A stretch of DNA of 64,000 bases from assembly GCA_964187785.1 (NCBI GenBank), contig OZ076411.1, forward strand, positions 44,826,001 to 44,890,000, written 5' to 3'. A program made the translations under genes and the position numbers. This stretch comes from Amphiscolops sp. MND2022 (Eukaryota). The notes beneath the pieces are model-generated. The model was not told where the DNA came from. It ran no database searches and saw only the letters and a program-made list of their open reading frames with translations. Shown here piece by piece: positions 34,920 to 48,145 of this stretch (position 1 is the stretch's first letter; each line of letters opens with the position of its first letter).

Positions 34920-35555
34920 TTACAGATTTTCTTTTAAGGTTCTGACTCCCCGTTCCACCAGGCCGGTGGGTGTATGGATATACGGTGTCCAGTATATTAC
35001 TTTGAAGTAAATTTTTTTGCAGATGTCCGTGAACAGACGTCCCGTAAAGGCAGTAGCTTTATCTGTTCTTATTGTTTTTGGTGTCACGTTGAGTTGGATA
35101 TACTGTTCAGGAACTTTTGTCGCCGATTCGCCGTCAGTGGACGTACAAAAGCTTGCCGCCGGCCATTTGCTGAACCGGTCCATGGATAATAAAATGTGAC
35201 ACGGACGGTTGTTTATCGTGATTGGTCCAATGAAATCCAATTGGATTTCTTCATTCATACTATCTAGCCGAGGAAGGTTACTCGTTTCCGTGTTCAGTAT
35301 GTTAGGCCTAATATTCTTACCGGAATTTTTGCAGGGGATGCATGATTCGCTCTTCTTTTGAAATCCCTTGGTCATTTTCGGCCACCAAAGGTGTCGTGCT
35401 TCTATTGTCATCTTATTGATGGCAGGATGGCGTTTATGTAGGAGGCTGATGATGGCTGTTCGGATGTTCTTTGGGACAATTATTTTGCCCTCGGTGAAGA
35501 CCAGACCGAACCGACGTGATAACTTTTTCTTGATATTCATTCGGTAATTGATCAT
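34920..35555 (-). pseudogene. gypsy integrase core
   Basis: HPAINKM..ARHLWWP, IQLDFIGP, SMDRFSKWP, RTDKATAF, TGLVERGVRTLK. Confidence 0.9.
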
Positions 35556-36676
35556 GTTGTTGGCGTTCCAGACAAACCAAAGTTTTTAGCAGAGTCGGAT
35601 CATTGGTAGTCTCGTTCAATAATAGCTGCAGGTCTGTTGAGAAGTTCTCCTCCTTTTCTCTCACATCTTGTTCGAGATCCCAGTTGTTGTCTTCTTGAGT
35701 TGTGATCTTTTGGGCGTGTTCCATCTTGACGCATTGAACGCTCCTTACCCCGACGTAGCGTGCCCAATTTATTGCGGGGACTTCCAGGATTGACGGGTCT
35801 TGGTCCGTTCTAGAGTCGATCTCCCCTTCCTCCATCGCCGTTGGGGCGTATTGGTCGAGGTCTGTTGGGGCTGACGATGGTCGGGGCATGTTTTGCTGTT
35901 GAGTTGGTGTTGGTCGGTCCATTTCTCAAAAGGATCTACGGTCCATTGTTCTGACCTTCTCGTTTGGGGGATGAAGCCTCCGCTGTGTTTTGGACCGATT
36001 TTTTGTCTCAGGTCACCTTTTCCCGACCTCGAATATTTTGGTGAATTCTTTCCTCGATAACTTGTCTCTCGTTCCTCAGGAATTTCAGTTCGTGGTGTTT
36101 CTTTTACTTTCCTCCGGTCTTACGATCTATACCGGGCTTTACCATTTCTTTCCATCTTTGAATCAATTCCGTAGTTTCCTCCCAATAATCTACAGCTGCG
36201 AGATTATCAATTGTTCTAGCAACCATTGTGAGATTGAGGCTTTTTGTAGCTTGCGGTTTTGGTGAGTTGCGTGTGAATGTTGTATCAATAAGGCAATCAA
36301 TGGCAGTTTGTTTCCGCGCGTCTTTTGGCCGTGGTTTGTTTTTTGTTTTACGTTCATTTTCGTCCTGCTCGCTCTTTGATTGGTTGATGTAGTTGCTAAG
36401 GCTGCCGTATTTGGGAATGAACTTGTAGCGCGGTAAGATGTTTTTGACGACGTATTCTTCGTCGTACGCTTCATTCGTTTGTGGCTGCGCTGACGGATTT
36501 CTGCTCAAGTAGTCCGTGAGCGGTAAATGTTTGCCTGTGATATGGTTTACGGTAATAGTGAAATGTGCTAACTGGTCCATGCAACTTGTTAGCCGTGCGC
36601 TATGTGTTTTATTGGATCGGTTTTGGTTAATTAATGGTTCCAAACCCTGATGATCCATGAGTAGTTTAGTCAGTTT

Positions 36677-38246
36677 TCAGTAGATATAAAATCGGAAGTG
36701 TTCTAATCCCCACACTACAGCCAGTAGTTCAAGTTCATTCATCGCGTATTTTTTTTCGGTGTCTGAAAGAAATTGGCTTGCGAAACTGATTGGTTTTAAC
36801 TTTCCGTCTGAGTGTTCTTGCCAGAGTGTTGCACCGAGGCCTTTCGTACTGGCATCAGTTGTGATCACGTTCGGATAACTTGAGTTTTAGTGAGCCAGAC
36901 ACGGTATCTCAGTGATCTTTTGTTTGAGATTTTCGAATGCTTGTGAGTGTTCTTCCGTCCATAGCCATCAATTGTCTTTCTTTAAAAGCTGTCTTAGGCT
37001 GCCTATTTGTGAGGATAGGTTGTTTATGTATTTGGACAAGTGCTGCATGGCCCCTAAAAGTGATTTGAAATCTTTCTCATTGTTGGGTCGTTTCAGACTC
37101 TTATTGCCATCAGTGTGTCTTGTAGCGGCCTGATCCCGTTTTGGTCTATTTTATGGCCAATTCATTCAATCTCCGTTTTAAAAAAAACGGATTTCTTTTT
37201 GCTGAGCCTGTATCCGGCATTCTCTAGTCGGGTAAAATCGTCTACTAGCTCTCCTCTTTGTGTTGTTTTTTTGATCGTTCGGTTACGACGATAAAATCGT
37301 CCAACCATGTTGGGTGTTTGTTTTCTAATGTCGGTTCGATTTTCTTTTCAAAAATGGTCGGTATGTCCGCTAACCCGTATAATACTTTTAAGAAACGGTA
37401 GTAACCGGTAAAATTTCCGCCAAGTACGGCGAATATGCACAGGTTTCGGGCGTCCCTGGACAATAGTAACTGGCCATATGCGTAATCCAGGTCAAACTTC
37501 GAAATCCAAATCTCAACTGCCCGTCTACCGCAATCTTTCTGGAACTCCTGGAGATTAGTTCCTCCATGTTGGGCATCTGTGCCTTGCTTTTTATGGTGAT
37601 TTCATTTATTTTTCGTGAATCCAGAGCTGTTTTTACCAACTTTCCTTCTTCACCGTGATTACAACTGGACTGACAAAACAGTTTTCGTCAATGTTGTTTG
37701 CTTTTTTGATGTATCTTGTGTCAAGAGTTCGTCCATTTCATTTCCAACGGATTGTTATAGGTGGATCGGTTTTTGTATTCCTCTTTGCTGTATCAATTTT
37801 GCGTCTTCCTTTACCTGCATTTTTACTTCGAGTCCATTAACGTTGAGATTTTCTTTGAATAGTTTTTTGAACCTTCTCTTTAAAATTGTAATGTCCGGAT
37901 CCTCTGTTATGTGATTCATCTGTGGATCGGTCTTACCGGTATCCATCGTTATTCTCAGTTTCTCCATCCAATCCAAACCTAGTAAAGGGTTGATTTTTGT
38001 TGTTATTAGCAGGATTTCGAGGCCGTTCCGCGTCCCATTTATTTCTACTGATGCGATTGTAATTCCTTCAAATTTACTCCGTTTGTCGTTCACATCTCTA
38101 TATTCAATTTCGATTGGCTTCAGCGGCGTTATTCTATGGAATTGTGACTTTGGTATTAAGGTTACCGGTGAGCTACTGTCTATTACAAATTCGATTCGCC
38201 CGTTATTGACAAATGCTGTGAAGATTTCCGGACCGTTCTTTCTCAT
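36677..38246 (-). pseudogene. gypsy protease, RT and RNase H fragments
   Basis: FVIDSSSPVTLIP (PR), WLDDFIVV (RT), TTDASTKGLGATLWQ..ELELLAVVWGLEHFR (RH). Confidence 0.88.
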
Positions 38247-38299
38247 GTGACGTGTTGAAGGGACTTCTGGGTTACTGAAGGAATTGTGTTTGGTGATCA

Positions 38300-39290
38300 G
38301 TCGTCTTCTTCCGCACTGTTTGCCTCATTTTCTTGTACGTGCTTAACTCTTTTGTTTGTTCTACAGCATTTTGCGTAGTGGCCAATCTTTTCGCAATTCG
38401 CACATTTCTTCCCCCTAGCAGGGCATTCGTGCTGTCATGACCAGTTGGGTGCGCCGCATTTGTTACAGTGTAATTTCTTGAACTTTGCCGGTATATCCAA
38501 CGGTTCTTTGGTACTTTTTGTCTTCCTTTTATTTGGATTTCGGATTTTGTTCTCCTCTTCTGTTTCCGGTGAAACTTTCAATTGCTCATACATGTACTCA
38601 TGTAGTGCTTCGGTTATTGCCTCCACTGACATGTCGCTTTTTCTGATTTTTTTTGAGGTCGTAGTCACCCGTCGATTTTTTCAATAACGGATAAAAATTT
38701 TGATGCCAAGAGTTTCGCTGCGGTTATTATTTCAAGTTCGCAGTTTCTCTTGACTTTTTAATATCCGTTTCCAGACATCTGTTGCGGACTCTCCGTCTTC
38801 CCGTTTAAGGTCGAAGACGTCGGCTCTGCTGTGTTGAACATTTCTCTCCGGTGTGAAGTGTAGTGGAAACAATGTATATAGTTTGTACAACGGTAGTGAG
38901 CTTGGCTCTCTTCCTCTAACCGTTTTGATCCTTTTTCGTGGTAGCGTTTTGTCCAATTGCCAGTAGGAATATAATCTTTATCTCTGTTTCTAATTGATCA
39001 CGGTATTGTGACAGTATATCTTTGCTGTTTGTCATCTTTGATAGGTCTAGACCTTTTTTCATCTTTACGTATTGTACAAACTTCTTAACCATATGTTTGC
39101 GTTGGTTTGGTCTTGTTTTTCCAATGTTGGAATGGTGAGATTCTGGGTACACGTCTGTTCATTGGTTCTGTTCAGTGTATCGTTCGGTAGCGGTTGTTCG
39201 TTCGAGTGTGTTCCCGCCGACGTCCTGTTGGTAGCTCCGTTCCTTGGAGTGGTGTTTGTGCTGTCGTCCTTTAGGATTTTGTGCATTGGT
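38300..39290 (-). pseudogene. gypsy gag fragments with CCHC knuckles
   Basis: CNKCGAPNW..HECP motif and a second knuckle; multiple frameshifts. Confidence 0.75.
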
Positions 39291-39315
39291 TCTTTGTAAT
39301 TCTCATGGTTACTCT

Positions 39316-39325
39316 GACTGCGCCA
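39316..39325 (-). other. Primer-binding site TGGCGCAGTC (tRNA-Ser-like); second copy at 44742-44751
   Basis: Directly abuts the 5' LTR; resembles the PBS of Drosophila 17.6/297 elements. Confidence 0.7.
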
Positions 39326-39536
39326 TGATGTTTCTCTAATAGATGTACAAGAAAGAGAACTTGTAGTTAAAATTCAACTGATCTGTCACTATCTTTTTTC
39401 TATATGCTCGTACAAAGTTTCATCTACGCTTATGTGGCAGGGAAGGTATTAATCTATTAATAATAGCAACAGTATAAATAAGTACAGACAAGAAACAGAC
39501 TAATTAGTTCCTAAGTAAGTTCGTCTGTCCTCTACA
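39326..39536 (-). repeat. 5' LTR
   Basis: tgatgtttctctaatagatg...gtcctctaca. Confidence 0.92.
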
Positions 39537-40321
39537 ATACCCTTGGGTTTTCGATTGTTTGGCGTAACAGCCAATTTCAAGAAATCTTTCTGCAATGTTT
39601 TGGCATTGGTGAAACAGTGGACGCTATGGGTATTTGCATTGCCTGGTTTTTGGGATCGTTTCAAAAAATGTTAGTAGAGAATTCTCTAGGAAGCGAATTT
39701 AAACAGGGTACTGCTTGCACATAGTGTGGGTCGAAGATGTTGAGGGGAAACAAACATAAACACTGAACCATGGAGTTCCAGAAGGTGTGTGGAGATAGCG
39801 CGAAGCAATTTGAGTCCGGGCTCGAGACATTAGTATCGGTGTTTGAACAATTTTTTTGTAAAATTACTGAACAAATTATTGTGGGATTGTGGAACAAACA
39901 CGGAATTGTGGAATCCGAACCCGTTGCCCTATTTTCCAGTACCTGCAAATTCTGCAACAAGATTCAATTACAATGCATGAAATAAGAAAGAGATAAAATG
40001 AGTCAATTCAGGATTTTCCTCCGAATTATAAAATTTCCTGGTCCAGCTTCTTCTGTCTTGCAGGATAGCTGAATTTCGTTTTTTCAGTCAGCGGGAACTT
40101 ATTGTGAGCAATGAAGTAAAGTAATACTTTGAGTAGTTTGTAAATTCTGCACTGTGACTTGTCGATTTCCTACCAAGAGCCAGCTTCAAAAATCTAAAGC
40201 GTGTTCTACTTTTGAACAAAAAATAATTCTTCCGTACATCAATTCAACTGAGCTGACATGGCGGGGACAATTTCTATGCGGTCAGAAATATACAAAAGGC
40301 AAGCATCCCCATCACAAGGCA

Positions 40322-43300
40322 TCGCATTACGTCCAATGACATACCTAGAGTCCTACCGAAGCGTTCTCCAACTTTAATGTTTGTTACAGATTTTCTTTTG
40401 AGGTTCTGACTCCACGTTCTACCAGGCCGGTGGGTGTATGGATATGCGGTCACCCGTATATTAATTTGATGTAAATTTTTTTGCAGATGTCCGTGAACAG
40501 ACGTCCTGTAAAGGCAGTAGCTTTATCTGTTTTTTTTATTTTTGGTGTCACGTTGAGTTGGATATACTGTTCAGGAATTTTTGTCGCCGATTCGCCGTCA
40601 GTGGACGTACAAAAGCTTGCCGCCGGCCATTTGCTGAACCGGTCCATGGTTAATAAAATGTGACACAGACGGTTGTTTATCGTGATTGGTCCAATGAAAT
40701 CTAATTGGATATCTTCATTTATATTATCTAGCCGAGCAAGGTTACTCTTTTCCGTGTTCGGTATGTTAGGCCTAATCATCTTACCGGACTTTTGCAGGGG
40801 ATGCTTAATTCGCACTTCTTTTGAAATCCCTCGGTCATTTTCGGCCACCAGAAGTGTCGTGCTTCTATTGTCAAGTTATTGATGGCAGGATGGCGTTTAT
40901 GTAGCAGGCTGATGATGGCTGTTCGGATGTTCTTTGAGACACTTATTTTGTCCTCAGTGAAGACCAGACCGAACCGACGTGATAACTTCTTCTTGATATT
41001 CATTCGGTAATTGATCATGTTGTTGGCGTTCCAGACAAACCAAAGTTTTTAGCAGAGTCGGATCATTGGTAGTCTCGTTCAATAATAGCTGCAGGTTTGT
41101 TGAGAAGTCCTGTTCGAGATCCCAGTTGTTGTTTTCTTGAGGTGTGATCTTTGGGGCGTGTTCCATCTTGACGAATTGAACGCTCCCTACCCCGACGTAG
41201 CGTGCCCAATTTATTGCGGGGACTTCCAGGATTGACGGGTCTTGGTCCGTTTCAGAGTCGATCTCCCCTTCCTCCATCGCCGTTGGGGCGTATTGGTCGA
41301 GGTCCGTTGGAGCTGACGATGGTCCGGGCATGTTTTGCTGTTGAGTTGGTGTTGGTCTGTCCATTTCCCAAAAGGATCTACGGTCCATTGTTTGGGGTTG
41401 GAAGCCTCCGCTGTGTTTGGGACCGATTTTTTTTGTCTCAGGTCGCCTTTTTCCCGACCTCGAATAATTTGTTGAATTCTTTCCTCGATAACTTGTTTCT
41501 CGTTCCTCAGGAATTTCAGTTCGTGGTGTTTCTTTTACTTTCTTCCGGTCTTACGATCAATACCGGGCTTTAAGATTTCTTCCCATCATTGAATCAATTC
41601 TGTAGTTTCCTCCGAAGAATCTACGGCTGCGAGATTTTCAATTGTTCTAGCAACCATTGTGAGATTGGTGCTTTTTGTAGCTTGCGGTTTTGACAAATTG
41701 CGTGTGAATGTTGTATCAATAAGGCAATCATTGGCAGTTTGTTTCCGCGCGTCTTGTGGCAGTGGTTCGTTCTTTGTTTTGCGTTCATTTTCGTCCTGCT
41801 CGCTCTCTGATTGTTTGATGTGGTTGCTAAGGCAGCCGTAATTGTGAATGAACTTATAGTGCGGTAAGATGTTTTCAATGACGTATTCTTCGTCGTACGC
41901 TTCATCCGTTTGTGGCTGCACTGACGGATTTCTACTCAAAGAGTCCGTGAGCGGTAAATGTTTGCCTGTGATATGGTTAACAGTAATAGTGAAATGTGCT
42001 AACTGGTCCATGCAACTTGTTAGACGTGCGCTATGTGTTTTATTGGTTCGGTTTTGTTTAATTAATGGTTCCAAACCATGATGATCCGTGAGTAGTTTAA
42101 TCAGCTTTCCGTGATATAAAATCGGAAGTGTTCTAATCCCCAAAGTACAGCCAATAGTTCAAGTTCATTTATCGCGTATTTCTTTTCGGTGTCTGAAAGA
42201 AATCGACTTGCGAAACCGATTGGTTTTAACTTCCCGTCTGACTGTTCTTGCCAGAGTGTTGCACCGAGGCCTTTCGTACTGGCATCAGTTGTGATTACGT
42301 TCGGATAATTTGAGTTGTAGTGAGCCAGACACGGTATCTCAGTGATCTTTTGTTTGATATTTTCGAATGCTTGTGTGTGCTCTTCCGTCCATAGCCATCC
42401 ATTGTCTTTCTTTAAAAGCTGTCTTAGGCTGCCTATTTGTGAGGATAGGTTGTTTATGTATTTGGACAAGCGCTGCATGGCCCCTAAAAGTGATTTGAGT
42501 TCTTTCTCATTGTTGGGTCGTTTCAGACTTTTTATTGCCATCAGTTTGTCCAGTAGCGGCCTGATCCTGTTTTGGTCTATTTTATGGCCAATCCATTCAA
42601 TCTCCGTTTTAAAAAAGTTGGATTTTTTTGCTGAACCTGTATCCGGCATTCTCTAGTCGGATAAATTTGTCTATTAGCTCTCCTCTATGTGTTGTTTTTT
42701 TGACCCTTTGGTTACGTCGATAAAATCGACCAACCATGTTGGGTGTTTGTTTTCTAATGTGTGTTCGATGTTCTCCTAGAAAATGGTCGGTATGTCCACT
42801 AACCCGTATAATCCTTTTAGGAAACAGTAGTAACTGGTGAAATTTCCACCAGGTACGGAGAATTTGCACAGGTTTTGGGCGTCCCTGGACAATAGTAACT
42901 GGCCATATGCGTAATCCAGGTCAAACTTCGAAATCCAAATCTCATCTGCCCGTCCGTCCGCAATCTTTCTGGATCTCCCGGAGATTAGTTTCTCCACGTT
43001 GGGCATCTGTGCTTTTCTTTTTATGGTGATTTCATTTAACTTCCGTGAATCCAGAGCAATTTAATCGGACTTTCCTTCTTCACCGTGATTACAGCTGGAC
43101 TGACCCAACAGTTTTCGTCAATTTTGTTTGCGATTTCGATATACCTTGTTTCAAGAGTTTGTCTATTTCTGTTCCAACCGATTGTTGTTGGTAGATCGGT
43201 TTTGGTATTCCTTTTTGCTGTATCAATTTTGCGTCTTCCTTTACCTGCATTTTTACTTCGAGTCCATTAACGTTGAAATTTTCATTGAATATTTTTTTGA

Positions 43301-45711
43301 ATCTTCTCTTTAAGATTGTTATGTCCGGATCCTCTGTTATGTGATTCATCTGTGGATCGGTCTTACCGGTATCCATCGTTATTCCCAGTTTCTCCATCCA
43401 ATCCAAACCTAGTAAAGGGTTGATTTTCGTTGTTATTAGCAGGATTTCGAGGCCGTTTCGCTTCCCATTTATTTTTACTTATGCGTTTGTATTTCCTTCG
43501 AATTTAATCCGTTTGTCGTTCACATCTCTATATTCAGTTTCGATTGGTTTCAGTGGCGTTATCCTATTGAATTGTGACTTTGGTATTAAGGTTACCGGTG
43601 AGCTACTGTCTATTATAAATTTGTTGGCCCGTTATTGGCAAATGCGATGAAGATTTCCGGCCCGTTCTTTCTCATCTGACGTGTTGCATGGATCTTCTGG
43701 GTTACTGAATGAATTGTGTTTGGTGATCAGTCGTCTTCTTCCGCACTGTTTGCCTCGTTTTCTTCTACGTGCTTAACTCTTTTGTTTGTTCTACAGCATT
43801 TTGCGTAGTGACCAATCTTTTCGCATTACGCACATTTTTTCCCCTAGCAGGGCATTCGTCCTGTCCTGACCAGTTGGGTGCTCCGCAATTGTTACAGTGT
43901 AACTTCTTGAGTTTTGCCGGTATATCCAACGGTTCTTTTGTACTTTTTGTCTTTCTTTTATTTAGATTTCGGACTTTCTTCTCTTCTGTTTCCGGTGAGT
44001 CGTTCAGTTGCTCATACAGGTACTCACGTAGTGCTTCGATTATTTCCTCCACTGACATGTCGCTTTTTCTGATTTTTTTCTTGAGGTCGTAGTCACCAGT
44101 TGATTTTCCAATAACGGATAAAAATTTTGATGCCAAGAACTCCGCTGCGGTTATTATTTCAACTTCGCAGTTTCTCTTGACTTCTAATATCCGTTTCCAG
44201 ACATCTGTTGCGGTTTCTCCGTCTTCCCGTTTAAGGTCGAAGAAGTCGGTTCTGTTGTGTTGAACATTTCTCTCCGGTGTGAAAAGTAGTGGAAACAAGG
44301 TATATAGTTTGTACAACGGTAGTGAGCTTGGCTCTCTTCCTCTAACCGTTTTGATCCTTTTTCGTGGTAGCGTTTTGCCCAATTGCCAGTAGGAATATAA
44401 TCTTTATCTCTGTTTCTAATTGATCACGGTATTGTGACAGTATATCTTTGCTGTTTGTCATCTTTGGTAGGTCTAGACCTTTTTTCATCTTTACGTATTG
44501 TACAAACTTCTTAACCATATGTTTGCGTTGATTTGGTCTTGTTTTTCCAATGTTGGAATGGTGAGATTCTGGGTACACGTCTGTTCATTGGTTCTGTTCA
44601 GTGTATCGTTCGGTAGCGGTTGTTCGTTCGAGTGTGTTCCCGCCGACGTCCTGTTGGTAGCTCCGTTCCTTGGAGTGGTGTTTGTGCTGTCGTCCTTTAG
44701 GATTTTGTGCAATGGTTCTTTGTAACTTTCATGGTTACTCTGACTGCGCCATGTTGTATCTCTATTAGATGTACAAGAAAGAGAACTTGTAGTTAAAATT
44801 CAACTGATCTGTTACTATCTTTTTTCTATATGCTCGTACAAAGTTTCATCCACGCTTATGTGGCAGGGCAGGTATTATTCTATTATTAGCAACAGTATAA
44901 ATAAGTACAGACAAGAAAGCAGACTAATTAGTTTCTAAGTGAGTTCATCTGTTCTCTACATTACCCTTGGGTTTTCGATCGTTTGGAGTAACAGCCAAAT
45001 TCAAGAAATCTTTCTGCAATGTTTTGGCATTGGTGAAACAGGGGACGCTATGGGTATTTGCATTGCCTGGTTTTTGGGATCGTTTCAAAAAAATGTTAGT
45101 ACAGAATTCTCTAGGAATGTAATTTAAACAGGGTACTGCTTGCACATAGTTTGGGTCGAAGATGTTGAGGGGAAACAAACATAAACACTGAACCATGGAG
45201 TTCCAGAAGTTGTGTGGAGATAGCGCGAAGCAATTTAAGTCCGGGCTCGAGACTTAAGTATCGGTGTTTGAGCAATTTTTTTGTAAAATTACTGAACAAT
45301 TTATTGTGGAATCCGAACCCGTTGCCCTATTTTCCAGTACCTGCAAATTCTGCCACAAGATTCAATTACAATGCATGAAATAAGAAAATAGAATAAATGA
45401 ATATATTCAGGATTTTCCTCCCAATTGTACAATTTCCTGGTTCAGCTTCTTCTGTCTCTCAAGATAGCTGAAATTCGTTTTTTCAGTCAGCGGGAACTTA
45501 TTGTGAGCAATGAAGTAAAGTAATACTTTGAGTAGTTTGTAAATTCTGCACCGTGACTGTCGATTTCCTACCAAGAGCCAGCTTCAAAAATCTAAAGCGT
45601 GTTCTACTTTTGAATGAAAAATAATTCTTCCATACAACAATTCAACTAAGCAGAAATGGCGGGGAAATTTTCTATGCGGTCAGAAATCTACAAAAGGCAA
45701 GCATACCCATC
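40322..45711 (-). mobile_element. Tandem duplicate of 34858-40313: 5' part of the gypsy element, 5' LTR (44752-44960) and about 750 bp of flank
   Basis: Homology starts at tcgcattacgtccaatg and ends at aaaggcaagcat.cccatc; contains RH ORF 42101-42649 and gag ORF 43765-44382. Confidence 0.92.
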
Positions 45712-46059
45712 TTTCTGTCTGTTCAGAAGTTCTGTCGGTTCACTTAGGCAGTGGTGACCTCTTTTATTCCTAAAAAGGATTTTTTATAGTATAGTGTGAC
45801 TGATGAACCTATAGTGTTCCTACATAGGATTTTATCTGCTAAGTTGTGAAATAAAGTTTGCGTTTACCAATTGAACAGCGTAAAAAAACTGAAAACACGG
45901 TTTATTGCGTCGGAAAAATTGTTCGTCTTTACAAATTCTATTTGTGAACACATCCTTTACACAGTCGACAGGAAACCATTTTTTTTAAAATCAATGAATT
46001 TGTGGCATTCTTGTATTTCAAAAGAAAGGCAAAGCATATTCCGGTTCTGAGCATACTTC

Positions 46060-47747
46060 TCAAAGAGTTTTGGGAAATTTGCCGTCTCCAGCTAACGTTC
46101 AGCACTAACGTTCAGCATTTCAAAAGCTGCCTACTTAACAAGCTACAAGAAGATCATGCTGTCCGCCACAAGTTCATGTAAAAAATCGTCCAGTTTCTTG
46201 TAGACTGTTTTCAAAGACCGCCGCAAAAGCAGCTGCGACCGGGTTCTGATTGGTTTAAATAGGACTTTCCGTGTTGGACATTGATCAACATGACCGTAAA
46301 CTGCCACATAACTTGTTTCATCGCCAGCATCAGATGCAAGTTTCATCAAGAACTGTTTGCCCTGAACGAAATGTTTTCATTTCTCTTTTAATTTAACACT
46401 CCGACTTCCATCCATATTTTTTTCAGACATGCTTTTTCCAATTCTTCGTTCGTTTGGTGTCAATAAATACTGACTGTTCATAGAAGGGTTGAGCAATGCT
46501 GTGGGTTGGAAAATTATTCAAATTCTTTTTAGATGTCATTTGACTGCTCAAAATGACGCAAAAGTTTTTCACTGACTGGACTATGTTTTCACTTTTGGAC
46601 AATTGCGAAAGGAACTTTTGAATTTTACTTAATTGATGGAAAATTTGATTGGCAACAGGTTGCTCGCTATCACAAACTTGCCAAGTTTTTTGAATACATC
46701 CAATAGGTCTTTCATTCCAATATTTGTGAGATGGTCTAATTCACTAAGTTGATTTGGACGAGCCTTTTTTGACTTTCACTTTTGTCAGCATGTTTTGATG
46801 AAAATTCGATGATGACCGTACCATCCGGCATCCGATAAAGATGGGCCTTGATTGGCTTTAACAAAGGAATCCAAATGGCGACAGTATGAACTGTCGGATG
46901 TTCAGTGAAAAATGGCAGCGCGCACTAAATCAACGTCACATCCAACTACGGATCCATCAATTTTCCCAGTCTTTCTCAGCAAATGAGAAAGTTTTCAACG
47001 AGAACTTTTTCACGATCTTTTTCTTCGTCAGAAGAAACGCCAGTGCTGATGAGTAACAAGTCTCTGTTACTACCCGTTATCATTGAATTACAGTTATCAG
47101 ACTGGAACCCTCGGCATTCGGAGGGATCAAGTTTGACGTTTTCTAGCGTTTCGAAAAACTCTCGTGACGTGATTCCATATGTTGACAGATCGACTCTTTG
47201 AATTCTATTAGTGTATGTGGCTGTCAATCCATTGTAATTCAAGATGTTGAAATATAACTAATTGCTTTTCCTTTCTCACTTGTCCAATGGTCCAGTTGGA
47301 CCCGGTAATAATTTGCTGTTTTGAGATAATCCAAGCTGGCTCGTCCAAGTTGCTCCTGGTCACTTTTTTTGTAGTTGTGGGTAATTTCCATTGCTTGAAT
47401 TGATTCAAGAAATCGTTTCCTATTTGCGTTACGAAAAGTGGATAGAAAACCGGCAAGATTTTCCGTGAGATGTTTCGAACCATTTTTAAACGCGCAAGTT
47501 TTGTTGTTGAAATTGTGACTCCATTTTCGATTGTTGCTCAATTTTCGATTGATTTGAGTCCCATGAATGATGAATTTCTTGCATGAGCTCTTCAGGTTAT
47601 CCCCGACTTTTTCAAAAAGTTGATGTTCCTTGTTCCACGAAGTTCTCTACAACGTTTGGATAAAAGACATTCAAATGAATCTTCGTCACCGTTGTACTGG
47701 AAATGCTGTTCAATTTTTCTCCTTTTTTCGAAAGGTGTACATCTCAT
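46060..47747 (-). pseudogene. hAT-superfamily transposase relic with BED-finger-like N-terminus
   Basis: IEQHFQY...FECLLSKRCRELLVEQGTST, VQLDHWTS (first D), FQSDNCNSM (second D); many stops and frameshifts. Confidence 0.7.
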
Positions 47748-48145
47748 GCTCTAATTCGAGGAACGATAAACAAAAACACAAAGAAATTTTTAAAAACAAA
47801 AAAGTATAAAGAAATCCCTCAATAACTTGAAACAAACAGATGGATCCGAGTGAATGAGATGGATGAATAGAAGTCGCAGCCAATCTTTTCTCAGTTGGTT
47901 TTAATTGCGTTTACGTACTTCTCAAATCAAAGAATTGGACTAGCAATGAATCTTAAAAATAGTAGAAATAACTAATTGAATTGTTATTATTCGAGAAAAA
48001 TGGACCAATCAAGTTTCAGTCACGTAATAAATGGTAAGATTACATGTCGACAGCTATCACATGCCGCGAGCGTCTGCCCAACATAACATAACGTAAGTTG
48101 ATTCAAACCAAAATATTTTATATTTTACAAAGGAAACGATGTTAA

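Larger units (their letters stand above)
31298..39536 (-). mobile_element. Full-length but frameshifted Ty3/gypsy LTR retrotransposon (8.2 kb)
   Basis: About 210-bp TG...CA LTRs at both ends, PBS, PPT, gag-PR-RT-RH-INT remnants, flanks ATACT/ATACC (5-bp TSD with one mismatch). Confidence 0.92.

Noticed and set aside
34975-44725. Plus-strand ORFs of 60-130 aa overlapping the gypsy copies
   Set aside because: Antisense shadows of gag/pol with no independent coding signal.
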